From positions 1 to 64,000 of the forward strand of contig JAVVGL010000005.1 in assembly GCA_032249135.1 (NCBI GenBank): a DNA stretch of 64,000 nt. Reading direction: 5' to 3'. Within the stretch, counting starts at the first letter, position 1. Each line of letters opens with the position of its first letter. The stretch comes from Candidatus Calescibacterium sp. (GTDB taxonomy: Bacteria; Calescibacteriota; Calescibacteriia; Calescibacteriales; Calescibacteriaceae). Positions 40,504 to 50,730 of this stretch are shown here, one piece after another. The notes beneath the pieces are model-generated. The model worked only from the letters and a program-made list of their open reading frames with translations, was not told where the DNA came from and did not search any database. The position numbers were made by a program, and so were the translations under genes.

Positions 40504-41499
40504 TTATTTTGCGAATGCAAATTTTCCTCTTATTAATGAGTAAGCTCCTATTACAAAAAACACAAATGAAACAAGATGATTTGCGGTGATTGTTTTATCT
40601 ATTATGAACCCTGAAAGTCCTGATGGATCTCTTAAAAACTCTAAAAAGAATCTGAGAGCACCGTAAAGCGTAAAGAACATAGCAAAAATTATCCCTTCAA
40701 AATATTTTTTGCGCAAACCGTATGCTATTCCTAAAAATTTTACTCCAAAGTGAAGAAGTACAAATCCCGGTAAAAAGGCAATGTCTATTGGGTGTGGAAA
40801 TGAAATTTCTTTGCCGTACCACATATAGTAAAGTCTTAAAAGTAGGATTTGGATTATCAGCATTATTTCTGTTTTGAGTTCAAAAAGGTCTTTTTTTGTT
40901 ATCTTTGTTTCTCCGTTATCTTTTTTGAGCCATCCTATCATCATACCTCTTACGAACACGAACGCAAAAAACATTCCGAGAGCTTCATATATTTGTGTTG
41001 GGTGAATTTTTATTCCTGTTATTGAGAGAGAAAGAGGGTTTTTGAAAATAACTCCGAGTGCAAATTCTGTGGGTTTGCCATAGCAGCAGCCGGCAGAAAA
41101 ACATCCCCATCTCCCTATTGAAAGTCCTAACATTACTGCAAGGGAGACAACATCGGCAACTTTTAGAAAACTCATTTTATTTTTCTTTGACCATATATAT
41201 CCGAGTATTATAGATAAAACTATACCACCGTACCAAGCAAGTCCTCCTTCCCATATTTTGAGAATTTTCACTGGGTCTTGAATGTAATCCTTTATATTCA
41301 TCAGTATATAAGCTATTCTTGCTCCGAAAATTCCCCCTATGAGCATCCATATTATTATATCAAGGATGTAGTAAGGTTCAAATTTGAGTTCCCGAGAAAC
41401 TCTGGCTGCATATTCTGCTGCGATTATGAAAGCCAGGGCTATAAAAACTCCGTATGTATATATTTTTATTTTGCCTATTTCAAGTAGAATAGGGTACAT
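40504..41499 (-). CDS. lgt: Prolipoprotein diacylglyceryl transferase
   Basis: MYPIL, IYTYG, GARI.Y, GGLAWYGG, GRWGCF..GCCYG, HPTQIYE, RFFLEFLR. Confidence 0.95.
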   Translation of the reverse strand: MYPILLEIGKIKIYTYGVFIALAFIIAAEYAARVSRELKFEPYYILDIIIWMLIGGIFGARIAYILMNIKDYIQDPVKILKIWEGGLAWYGGIVLSIILGYIWSKKNKMSFLKVADVVSLAVMLGLSIGRWGCFSAGCCYGKPTEFALGVIFKNPLSLSITGIKIHPTQIYEALGMFFAFVFVRGMMIGWLKKDNGETKITKKDLFELKTEIMLIIQILLLRLYYMWYGKEISFPHPIDIAFLPGFVLLHFGVKFLGIAYGLRKKYFEGIIFAMFFTLYGALRFFLEFLRDPSGLSGFIIDKTITANHLVSFVFFVIGAYSLIRGKFAFAK

Positions 41500-42793
41500 A
41501 GTTTGGAATTTCCTTTATTATTTCTTCTTTTTTAATTTCATCTTCAAAGATCTCAATTTTTGCGTTTGCATTTTTGAGTTTTTCTACAAAGTTTTCATAT
41601 CCTCTTTCTATAAGTTCAAAGTTTTTGAGGGTTGTTTGATTTTTTTCTGCTACCAATCCGGCTATAACCAGAGCTGCTGTGCTTCTCAAATCTTTTGCCT
41701 CAGTTTCTGCTCCATATATTTTTGATGGGTTTATGATAATCTCTCCATTTTCCAAAGATATATCTGCTCCCATTTTTTTTAGTTCCCAGATATGGGAAAC
41801 TCTTTCAGGGAAAATGTTGTCTTTTATTCTGCTTTTTCCTTCGGCTTTCAAGAGCATAACACATATTTGAGGTTGTAGGTCTGTTGGGAATGCAGGATAA
41901 GAGTCTGCTATAAGTAAGTCAACTGGTTTATATTTTTTTATTCCCTCAACTTCTATTTCATTCTCTGAAATTTTTATTTTTGCGCCGCATTCTTTTAAAA
42001 CATCTATAACAGACTTAATATGTTCAGCTATTACATTTTTTATTTTGAGTTTCCCTTCTGTTGCAGCTGCTAAAATTAACCATGTTCCAGCTTCAATTCT
42101 ATCTGGTATAAGTTCAAACTCTGCTTCTTTTATCTTCTCCCTTTTTGTTCCATCTATTAAAATTTTATCTTCTTTGGTTTCCAGCCTTATATCTACTCCG
42201 TACTTTTTCAGGTAGTTTATAAGTTCTTGGACTTCTGGTTCTATTGCTACATTTTCTATTTCAACTTTTGAGTTTATTGACATCAGGATTGCATTTTCTG
42301 TTCCTGTGACTGTTTTTATATCAAATTTTATTTTCCCCTCTTTTTTTGGTGTTCCATAAGCTTTAACATATTCTTCTTTCTCTTCCACTTTGTATCCAAG
42401 GCTGTTTGCAGCTTTTATATGTTGGTCTATTGGTCTTTTGCCTATTTTGCAACCACCGGGCATCGGGATTTTTGCATTTTCAAATCTTCCTAAAAGTGCT
42501 CCAAAAATGACAACTGACCCTCTTATTTTGCCGAAATTTTCAGGAGATACATCGTTTAGTTTTATTTTTTCTGCGTTTATTATTACTTCGGAACTTTGTA
42601 TTTTGTATTCGCAGCCGAGCTCTTTCAGGAGTTCCAACATAACAAAAACATCTTTTATTTTTGGAGTGTTTTTGATTACTATTTTTTCTGCTCCTAATGC
42701 AATTCCAGCCCCTACTGCCGGAAAAAATGCATTCTTTGAACCAGAAACTTTGATCTCTCCCGATACCTTACTTTTTTCTAACAGTGCTATCAT
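41480..42793 (-). CDS. murA: UDP-N-acetylglucosamine 1-carboxyvinyltransferase
   Basis: SGSKNA, PGGCKIGKRPIDQH, PDRIEAGT, FPTDLQ, DLR, RGYE. Confidence 0.96.
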   Translation of the reverse strand: MIALLEKSKVSGEIKVSGSKNAFFPAVGAGIALGAEKIVIKNTPKIKDVFVMLELLKELGCEYKIQSSEVIINAEKIKLNDVSPENFGKIRGSVVIFGALLGRFENAKIPMPGGCKIGKRPIDQHIKAANSLGYKVEEKEEYVKAYGTPKKEGKIKFDIKTVTGTENAILMSINSKVEIENVAIEPEVQELINYLKKYGVDIRLETKEDKILIDGTKREKIKEAEFELIPDRIEAGTWLILAAATEGKLKIKNVIAEHIKSVIDVLKECGAKIKISENEIEVEGIKKYKPVDLLIADSYPAFPTDLQPQICVMLLKAEGKSRIKDNIFPERVSHIWELKKMGADISLENGEIIINPSKIYGAETEAKDLRSTAALVIAGLVAEKNQTTLKNFELIERGYENFVEKLKNANAKIEIFEDEIKKEEIIKEIPNYVPYST

Positions 42794-42965
42794 TTGTTCT
42801 TTTCTTATTTTTCCCTCTTGCCTTTATTTTTTTTATTGTTAATTCATAATTTTAAAAAAATCAAATTATCTGGAATATGGGTTTGAATGAATAGGAAAAT
42901 TTTCTTTCTTGATTGATTTGTTCTACTTCTCTTTTGTTTGGAATGCTATGATTATTCATTCATTT

Positions 42966-43890
42966 TCATTTGAAATTTTTATTTTTTGAATTTGAGTTTT
43001 TGAGAAATTTGATAAAATCTTCCCAAGTTTCCGCTCTTATCACCTCTTTTTTTATCTTTTTCAAGTGGTTTACGTCGTTTATCTTTTCTAAAAGGTTTTT
43101 GATTAGTTTTGCTTTTTGACTGCCAAACTTTGCTTGGATAATGCCAAAAATTCCTTCTCTCAAACCTTTTATGAGCCCTTCTTTCAGACCTTCCTGTCTA
43201 CCTTCTTTTAATCCTTCTTCTTTTCCCCACTTATAAAGAAAAGTTTTCCTTATATCAACTTGTATTGGCATAGGCTTTACCTTTATTTCAATGTCAAATA
43301 AGCCAGCTAAAAAACTTATGCTATCTATATATTTTATGATTTTTTCTTCGTTTTTCAAGATTTCTGCAATTCTTTTTTGAACCTTTCTTATTATTTGGGG
43401 TTTATCTTTGAATTTCCCAGCCAAAATCCCCAAAATAACCTCTGCTGGTTTCCTACTCCTTATGAATACATCAGGGTCTATTTTCTTCATGTCTAAAACT
43501 TTGTATTTTAAGGTTAGATTTGGAGTTTTGTACTCTGATGGTGGGGGATTTCCTTTACCAACGAATAAAACTATTTGTGTAGGTTCTTTTTTGTATTTTT
43601 CTACTATTGCGTAGTAATAGCGAAACATCCTTTTTGGTAAGTTTTTATCTTGTTGAGCTTGTATTTCAACCTGGATTATTTCATCATCGGCTTTAACTAA
43701 AATATCAGGGCGAAAAGTTTTTTACTAACCTTATTTCCGCAGATATAACTTTGACTTTTTTACCTATTTTTTTACCAATAGCTAAGTAGTAAATCATTCC
43801 TATTGCTTCGGAGAAAATTTCTTTTAAAATCGCATCAAATCTTTTGAGCTCTTTTTTGCGTTTTTGGTATTGCTTTTTATGCTTTTTCAT
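42966..43890 (-). pseudogene. Rpn/YhgA-like (PD-(D/E)xK) recombination-promoting nuclease, frameshifted
   Basis: Removing one base from the A6 run (T6 at 43718-43723 on +) joins ...FDAILKEIF...RLVK to TFRPDILV...IQVEIQ...LPKRMFRYY. C-terminal EG(L/R)xEG repeats followed by ..KFG. Confidence 0.8.
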
Positions 43891-44076
43891 TTTTTTCTTC
43901 TATTCTAATTTTGCTTTGAAATTTTATTTCAGAAAATGATTTTACTTATTTATTTTGGTTTTCGGACGCTTTTGTTTTCCTTTATAGTGATAATTCAAAA
44001 AAAAGAAAAGGAGAAGAAATATTAGAAAAAATATGCTCTTGATTATTTATCGTTCAATTCTTAAATTTTTTCTTGT

Positions 44077-45582
44077 ATGGGGAATAGTGTTTTGGTCGTT
44101 GAAGATGATGTCCAAGTTGCTAAATCTTTGTCTGATCTTTTGAGTAGAGATTTCAAAGTTTCTGTTGCTTATTCTGCTGAAAGTGCTCTTGAGATTCTAT
44201 CTGAAAATGATTTTGACCTTGTGTTGTGTGATTTAAAACTTCCTGGTATGTCTGGGCTTGATTTGCTGCGAAAAGTAAAATCTTTGGGAATAAATACTCC
44301 TTTTGTTGTCCTTACTGCTTTTGGTGATATACCTACTGCTGTTGAAGCTATGAAACTCGGAGCAGTTGATTTTATAAGAAAGGGAGAAACTTCACCTGAT
44401 GAACTTATCACAAGAATAAGAGATATTATTGAAGATAAATATGAGTTTGAGTTTATTGCAGGAAGTGAAGTTATGAAAAATCTTGCTGCTCTGGCAAGAA
44501 AAATAGCTAAAACAGACTCAACCGTTCTTATAATAGGAGAGTCAGGGGTTGGAAAGGAGGTTCTCGCAAGATACATACATAAATATAGTCCAAGAGCTCA
44601 TAAACCATTTTTAGCTGTGAATATGTCAGCAATTCCTGATACCTTGCTTGAAGCCGAGCTTTTCGGATATGAAAAAGGAGCTTTTACAGGTGCTGAAAAA
44701 AGAAAATTAGGTAAATTTGAACTTGCATCTGGTGGAACAATTTTACTTGATGAGATAGGAGATATGCCTTTACATCTGCAACCAAAAATACTCCGGGTAA
44801 TTCAGGAGAAAAAAATAGAAAGGCTCGGTCAAGGTTCTGTCAATTCTGTTAGCGTAGATGTCAGAATTATATCAACCACAAATAAAGACCTTGAAAATCT
44901 CGTAAAAGAAGGAAAATTCAGAGAAGATTTGTATTACAGATTATCTGTTATTCCTATAAAAATTCCGCCTTTGAGAGAAAGAAAGGAGGATATTCCTTAT
45001 CTTACGGATTATTTTTTCAGAAAGCTTGGGAGAAAATATGGAGTTGAAATAGTTTGGGATAAAGATTTTCTCTCAAAACTTTTTGAATATGATTGGCCAG
45101 GAAATGTCAGAGAACTTTACAATGTTCTTGAAAGAGCTTTTATACTCTCTTGGTCAGGACAAAAAAATGTCAAGGTCTTGCCAGAGAATATAATTTTCTC
45201 AACTTCTGATCTCATTTCTGCTTTGGGTAAAAACAGCGACTTTAAATCAAAAGAAATTTTAGGCTCAAATGAAATTGATTTAGGTAAAAAAGATTATCAA
45301 AGAAACGAAGCATTTGAAGCATTTGGGACAAAAAAAGAGGGTAGTGAATTTAGTTCAGGAGATAAAAAAGAGGGAGTTGGAATCCAAAAATTGGGATTCG
45401 GTGTAAATTTTGATGACCTCAACATAAAAAATATGGAGAAGATTTTCATTTTAGAGGCTCTTGCAAGGACTGGAGGAAACAAAACAAAGGCAGCTCAACT
45501 TTTGGGAATAACGGTGAGAACTTTGAGAAACAAACTCAAAGAATTAAATATCCAAAAAGGAAGCGAATCAGATTTGGACTGA
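44077..45582 (+). CDS. Sigma-54-dependent response regulator (NtrC family; FlgR/FleR-like HTH)
   Basis: REC domain (VVEDD, DLKLPG, K), GESGVGKE, GAFTGA, LLDEI, WPGNVREL, LGITVRTLRNKL. Confidence 0.94.
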   Translation: MGNSVLVVEDDVQVAKSLSDLLSRDFKVSVAYSAESALEILSENDFDLVLCDLKLPGMSGLDLLRKVKSLGINTPFVVLTAFGDIPTAVEAMKLGAVDFIRKGETSPDELITRIRDIIEDKYEFEFIAGSEVMKNLAALARKIAKTDSTVLIIGESGVGKEVLARYIHKYSPRAHKPFLAVNMSAIPDTLLEAELFGYEKGAFTGAEKRKLGKFELASGGTILLDEIGDMPLHLQPKILRVIQEKKIERLGQGSVNSVSVDVRIISTTNKDLENLVKEGKFREDLYYRLSVIPIKIPPLRERKEDIPYLTDYFFRKLGRKYGVEIVWDKDFLSKLFEYDWPGNVRELYNVLERAFILSWSGQKNVKVLPENIIFSTSDLISALGKNSDFKSKEILGSNEIDLGKKDYQRNEAFEAFGTKKEGSEFSSGDKKEGVGIQKLGFGVNFDDLNIKNMEKIFILEALARTGGNKTKAAQLLGITVRTLRNKLKELNIQKGSESDLD

Positions 45583-45680
45583 ATTTCGGATTATTCTATT
45601 TTTGAGAGATTAGAAAATATTTATGTTTTTCACTAAATTTTTAACAATATGTCCTTGTAAAAAATGGAGAGAAAAAAGAA

Positions 45681-46550
45681 ATGAGAATAGTTTTTATAAC
45701 TGGAATATCGGGTTCAGGAAAAACGACCGCACTCAAAACACTAGAAGATATAGGTTTTTACACAGTAGATAACATTCCAATAGATATGATATTTGATTTT
45801 GTCTCGCTTACGAAGAAAGCAAATATAAAAGATGTGGCTCTATCGCTTTTTTTCAAAGATGAAAAAACAGCACAAAAATTTTCCGAAATTATAAATCAGT
45901 TGAAAGAAGAAGTAAAAGATGGAAGGGTTATCCTTATGTTCCTTGAAGCATCAGATGATGCCATAATAAGAAGGTATAAGGAAACAAGAAGAAAACACCC
46001 ATTCGGAGATGAGATAAAGTCAATAGATATGGCAATCAAAAAAGAAAGGGAAATTCTGAAATTAATCTTTGATATATCAGATATAAAATTGGATACAACA
46101 CAAATGAATATTCATCAGCTCAGAGAAAAAATAAGGGAACTCTTTGGAGATGAAAAAGGTATGGAGCTCACATTTCAAATATATTCCTTTGGTTTCAGAT
46201 ATGGAATTCCCCAGGAATCAGACCTTGTATTTGATGTCAGATTTATCAGAAACCCAAACTTTGACCCTCAACTCAAAAAATTTGACGGAACCCATCCGGA
46301 AGTTCAAAAATATATTTTTGAAGATGAAAATGCAAGGAAATACCTTGAAATGATAAAAGAAATGATCAGATTTTTGACAGAAAGGTTCAAAAAAGAGGGA
46401 AAATTTATAGCAACAATATCCATAGGCTGCACTGGAGGTAGGCATAGATCAGTAGCATTTGCGGAAAAAATCAAAGAATTCATAGAAAATGAAATAAAAG
46501 CAAAAGTCATTCTAATACATAGAGACAAAGAAAAAGAATCTGTAATATGA
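45681..46550 (+). CDS. rapZ: RNase adapter RapZ
   Basis: TGISGSGKT, VDNIP, ETRRKHP, SFGFRYG, DVRF..NP, IGCTGGRHRSV. Confidence 0.96.
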   Translation: MRIVFITGISGSGKTTALKTLEDIGFYTVDNIPIDMIFDFVSLTKKANIKDVALSLFFKDEKTAQKFSEIINQLKEEVKDGRVILMFLEASDDAIIRRYKETRRKHPFGDEIKSIDMAIKKEREILKLIFDISDIKLDTTQMNIHQLREKIRELFGDEKGMELTFQIYSFGFRYGIPQESDLVFDVRFIRNPNFDPQLKKFDGTHPEVQKYIFEDENARKYLEMIKEMIRFLTERFKKEGKFIATISIGCTGGRHRSVAFAEKIKEFIENEIKAKVILIHRDKEKESVI

Positions 46551-46625
46551 GAGAAGCTTGAAAATTCAAAAGAAGAAATTAAACTGAAACTAAATTTGAT
46601 GGTCTATTTTTTGAAATTTTCAAGC

Positions 46626-47492
46626 TCAGTGAAGGGTATAATAAACTGTTATTTCGTTTAATATTTCTGGCATAGCGGAGGCGAATGTAGATTTTATATA
46701 AATATCTGAGTTAAAATACTGATCTGTTGGATTTATTTCTATGAGTATTCCCCCATTATTTTTCACAATTTGAGGAATATATGCTGCAGGGTAAACTACC
46801 CCCGATGTTCCTGCAATTATGCAACAGTCAGCTCTTCTTGCATAATCTAATGCGATATCCATATCTTGAACTGGTTCTGTGAAAAATACAATATCTGGTC
46901 TCATTATCCCCCCACAATCACAAAGTGGGATAGATTCTCCGAAAATCTTAATCACTTCTTCCAAACTTATTCTACCTTTTAGTATGAAATGAGAAAAATC
47001 CAACTTTCTTACCTTCTTGGCGAATTCTATTGCTTTTTCAACTGCACTTTTTTTGTCTATTTTTTTCTTTTCTCCGCAAAGTATGCATCTCAGGCGCGTT
47101 GCGCTCCCATGAACTTCTATAACATTTTTGCTTCCAGCTTCTTGATGAAGATTATCTATATTTTGAGTTATAACTGCTTTCAGAATATCCATATTTTCAA
47201 GTTTTGCAAGAGCAATATGTCCGGCATTTGGTTTTGCCTTTCCGAGAACCTCAACGGTAGATATGACAAATTCAGAAAATCTTTCTGGATCAGAAAAAAG
47301 AACATTTATCAAGCCTTGTGGAGTTCCAAAGATTTCAGGTGGAAATTTCTCCCAGAGACCTCCTTTATCTCTGAAAGTTGGAATTCCAGATTCAGCTGAA
47401 ACTCCTGCTCCGGTGAAAGCTATGACAAAATTTGATTTCAATATTCTCTCAGCAGCATATTTTATAAGCTCTTTTTTGCTCTGTTCATTCAT
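46626..47492 (-). CDS. cobB: NAD-dependent protein deacylase (sirtuin); start set at MNEQSK
   Basis: TGAGVSAESGIPTFR, TQNIDNLH, HG, CxxC...CxC, RPDIVFF, GTS, EIN. Confidence 0.93.
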   Translation of the reverse strand: MNEQSKKELIKYAAERILKSNFVIAFTGAGVSAESGIPTFRDKGGLWEKFPPEIFGTPQGLINVLFSDPERFSEFVISTVEVLGKAKPNAGHIALAKLENMDILKAVITQNIDNLHQEAGSKNVIEVHGSATRLRCILCGEKKKIDKKSAVEKAIEFAKKVRKLDFSHFILKGRISLEEVIKIFGESIPLCDCGGIMRPDIVFFTEPVQDMDIALDYARRADCCIIAGTSGVVYPAAYIPQIVKNNGGILIEINPTDQYFNSDIYIKSTFASAMPEILNEITVYYTLH

Positions 47493-47586
47493 ATAAAGAA
47501 AAAGTAATCGAGAAAAAAATTTAAAACAAAAAATAAATAAGTTAGTAAAAGAAAAAAAGAAAGAGAGAAATGGGGCTCGGAGAATT

Positions 47587-48627
47587 TCAATGTATTGACA
47601 AAGTTTTGAGTATTCCTTTTTCCTGGGCGGATTTATAGATCGCATATCCAACAAAAACATCAAGGATAGATATACCGGTTGAGTCAAAAACAACTCTCTT
47701 TTCGGGGGGAATCTTTTTCATTCCAGCTATTATTTCTCCAATCTCTCCGAATATTATTGATTTATCTATTTGTCCTTTTTTTAATGGGACATTTATTTCT
47801 CCTCCATGTATTGCTTGTTCTCTGTTGTCTACAATAACTATGGAACTTTTCAGTATTTCCGGGGAGAGCTCCTGTTTTCCTGGTCCATCGGCTCCCATAG
47901 CATTAATTAACTTTACATTCTCAACATGTTCTAACATAAGAAAGGGTTGGGTTGACGGTGTAATGGTTACGACGACATCGCAATCTTTGAAATCAAAAAG
48001 AGAATTTGCTTTTCTGGGTCTGAAACCAAGGTTCTGGGAAAACTTCTCAAATTTTTCCATAGCATCAGGTGATATATCATAAATGATAACATCCTTTATT
48101 TTTTTGACGCAAGATATCAGGGCAAGTTGAGTTCGTGCTTGAACTCCGCACCCAATTATTCCTAACTTTATGCTTTCTTGCTTCTGATCTATTATGTGTT
48201 TAACAGCAACTGCTCCTGAAGCTCCTGTTCTCATAGCTGTAAGGTAGGTTGCATCCATAACGCACAGTAAAGCCCCTGTATTTGAATCAATAAGGACAAA
48301 AAAACCAATAACTACCGGGAGCCCTCTGTTTTTGTTTTGAAAGTGTACGCTAACTATTTTGATACCACTTACCTTTTTACCATCTATTTCAACAACTGAT
48401 GGCATCACCCTCATATCTCCATCTTGATAGAAAAAGTAGAGCTTGCTTGGCATCTGAATAGCATCTTTAAATTCAGCTGTATATCTATATGCTTTTTCAA
48501 CATATTCTATCGCAAGAGACGGAGTAAGTATGTCCTGAATTTCGTTGAAACTTAAAAAGAAAGTATCAAGATTTAAAGATTTGAACTCGTTTTTTAAAAT
48601 CTCAACTATCTTTGCTTCTTCGCTCAT
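47587..48627 (-). CDS. Ornithine cyclodeaminase/mu-crystallin family (archaeal-type alanine dehydrogenase-like); start set at MSEEAK
   Basis: MPSKLY, GDMRVMP, DATYLTAMRTGA, IGCGVQA, GADGPGKQEL, FDSTG..I.D. Confidence 0.9.
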   Translation of the reverse strand: MSEEAKIVEILKNEFKSLNLDTFFLSFNEIQDILTPSLAIEYVEKAYRYTAEFKDAIQMPSKLYFFYQDGDMRVMPSVVEIDGKKVSGIKIVSVHFQNKNRGLPVVIGFFVLIDSNTGALLCVMDATYLTAMRTGASGAVAVKHIIDQKQESIKLGIIGCGVQARTQLALISCVKKIKDVIIYDISPDAMEKFEKFSQNLGFRPRKANSLFDFKDCDVVVTITPSTQPFLMLEHVENVKLINAMGADGPGKQELSPEILKSSIVIVDNREQAIHGGEINVPLKKGQIDKSIIFGEIGEIIAGMKKIPPEKRVVFDSTGISILDVFVGYAIYKSAQEKGILKTLSIH

Positions 48628-48767
48628 ATTCAAAACACGCAAGCAGTGATATACAGACAAAAAATATATTTCGTGAAAAAAACAATGATTTTCCCTAAAA
48701 GCAAATTTTTTATCTTGAAAACTTTCATATTTTGTTCTGAAAAATTTCATAAATTGAATTATTAAGA

Positions 48768-49205
48768 ATGGAGAAAATAAAAGAGATTTTAAGTAATACA
48801 ATTTTTAGCAAGAATTTTTTACTTCAAGCAATAAGATACGGAATAGTAGGTTTAGCTGGAATAACGACAAATCTTTTGACCTTTTCTCTTTTGGTCTATG
48901 TGATAAAAGTGTGGTATATAATAGCTGGTCCAATAGCTGGTTTAGTAGCACTTACGCAAAATTTCATATTACACAGGAAATTTACATTCAGGGGATATTC
49001 AAGTTTCAAAATTATATCTTTTTCTGGATTGAAAAGGTATATAAAATTTTTTCTGTTATCTTTGATAAATACTCCTGCGTTTTCATCTTTACTATATTTT
49101 CAAGTTGAAATATTGCATTTTCCAAAGGTAGTGGCACAATTTTTTGCAAGCGTTATATTAGGTCTTTTTTCTTTTCTGATATCAAGAAAATTTATTTTTT
49201 CATAA
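48768..49205 (+). CDS. GtrA-family membrane protein
   Basis: IRYGIVG, NFILHRKFTF, about 4 TM segments, SFLISRKFIF. Confidence 0.85.
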   Translation: MEKIKEILSNTIFSKNFLLQAIRYGIVGLAGITTNLLTFSLLVYVIKVWYIIAGPIAGLVALTQNFILHRKFTFRGYSSFKIISFSGLKRYIKFFLLSLINTPAFSSLLYFQVEILHFPKVVAQFFASVILGLFSFLISRKFIFS

Positions 49206-49224
49206 AAGCTATTTTTTATAAAAG

Positions 49225-49578
49225 CTACCCTGGAGGCCATCTCATCTGCCTTCCCCCTAATAAATGGAAATGCAAATGATAAACCGTTTGACCACCTTCA
49301 GGGTTAGTATTCACTACAATTCTGAAACCTCTTTCTGATATTTTCATCTGGTCCGCTATAATTTTACATGCCTTTATGATTTCATGTAGTATCTCTTTAT
49401 CTTCTTCTGAATCTGATATATCTGTGATTTTCTCAATATGCTTTTTGGGGATAACAAGTATATGGATGGGAGCTTGCGGGTTTATATCGTGGAATGCTAC
49501 AATTTTTTCATTTTCATATACTTTTTTTGAGTCTATTTCTCCCCTCACTATTTTGCAGAAGATACAATCACCCTTCAT
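49225..49578 (-). CDS. Histidine triad nucleotide-binding protein (HinT-like); start set at MKGDCIFC
   Basis: DCIFCKI, DINPQAPIH.LVIPK, GQTVYHLHFHLLGG, WPPG. Confidence 0.95.
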   Translation of the reverse strand: MKGDCIFCKIVRGEIDSKKVYENEKIVAFHDINPQAPIHILVIPKKHIEKITDISDSEEDKEILHEIIKACKIIADQMKISERGFRIVVNTNPEGGQTVYHLHFHLLGGRQMRWPPG

Positions 49579-49737
49579 AACTTTTTGTGCTTTTAGTAAA
49601 GGAGTAATTAAATTCCAAAAGAAATTTTTTTGTCCAAAAATTTTTAATAAAAAATTCCTTAATTTCGGGTTATAAATTAAACTTCCTGCTATCCTTCTTT
49701 TGCCAATCATTTATTTAAATTAATATTATTCAATTTT

Positions 49738-50730
49738 TTATTCAATTTTTATCTTTTCATCCATAGCATTTCTTCTGAGTATATCTGATATTTCTTTTGC
49801 TGCGGTGTAAGGATCTTTTTGCCCGTCTAATATCTTTTGAAGCTCGTCTTTGAAAATCTTTGTTTCTTTCAAAGTCCGAATTATGCTTTTAGATAGATTA
49901 CTTACGAAATCTCTCTCTAACCTGCTTTTTCTCTTTTGCAATATCAAATTGTTCTCTTTCAAGAATTTTTTGTGCTCATCTATTTTTTCTATCAACTCAT
50001 CTATCCCTTGACCTTCTTTTGCTATCGCTTTCAACACAGGTGGCTTCCATTTTATATTTTCTCCTATCCCTGCCAGAACCATATAGGCAGTATCTATTGC
50101 AACTTTTATTTCATTGAAAAGCTTATCTGCGGATGGTCTATCTGACTTATTGAGGACGATTATATCTGCGATTTCAAGGATACCACTTTTCATAAATTGT
50201 ATTTCGTCTCCGCTTTCTGGTGAGACTACCAGAACTACCGTGTCGGCGACTTTGTGTATTTCTGTTTCCGTTTGCCCTGTTCCTGCAGTTTCTATTAATA
50301 TGTTTTTCATACCAAATAGGACATAAAGATTTATTATATCTCCTGTGTTTGCCGATATTCCGCCAAATTCTCCCCTCGTTCCGACGCTCCTTATGAATAC
50401 TCCATCTTGTTCTGTCTTCTCTGATCGTATCCTTATTCTATCTCCTAAAATTGCTCCTCCTTCAACTCTTACCGATGATGGATCACACAATAGAACCCCT
50501 CCTTTTATCTTTTTTATAAGCTGTGATATTATTGTGCTTTTTCCCGTTCCTGCCGCTCCCGTGATTCCTATTATATGAACATCTTCTGATAGCAAGTTTC
50601 TTCCTGTTCTTTTTGATATTTCAGATATTAGGAGATAACTTTTTTCTGGGTTCCTTTCAACAAAACTTATTGCTCGTGATAGCGCAATCTTTTCTCCTCT
50701 TACAAAACCTTCTACTATATCCTCAAACAT
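49738..50730 (-). CDS. meaB: Methylmalonyl-CoA mutase-associated GTPase MeaB/ArgK
   Basis: IGITG..GTGKST, DPSS...GAILGDRIR, FIRS, ET.G.GQ.E, GDEIQ.MK.GILEIAD, NKSD. Confidence 0.92.
   Translation of the reverse strand: MFEDIVEGFVRGEKIALSRAISFVERNPEKSYLLISEISKRTGRNLLSEDVHIIGITGAAGTGKSTIISQLIKKIKGGVLLCDPSSVRVEGGAILGDRIRIRSEKTEQDGVFIRSVGTRGEFGGISANTGDIINLYVLFGMKNILIETAGTGQTETEIHKVADTVVLVVSPESGDEIQFMKSGILEIADIIVLNKSDRPSADKLFNEIKVAIDTAYMVLAGIGENIKWKPPVLKAIAKEGQGIDELIEKIDEHKKFLKENNLILQKRKSRLERDFVSNLSKSIIRTLKETKIFKDELQKILDGQKDPYTAAKEISDILRRNAMDEKIKIE

Noticed and set aside
43716-43725. A_AAA_AAC as a programmed -1 ribosomal frameshift in the Rpn gene
   Set aside because: The frame that restores the protein is +1; the -1 frame reaches a TAG within a few codons.
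49132-49148. Sigma-54 promoter-like TGGCAC...TTGCA
   Set aside because: GG-to-GC spacing is 11 nt rather than the required 10, and it lies inside the GtrA coding sequence.
46626-49710. Long N-terminal extensions called by the ORF track for the sirtuin, OCD-family and HIT genes (and aroC)
   Set aside because: The extensions are low-complexity translations of intergenic or neighbouring sequence; homology starts at later Met or Val codons.
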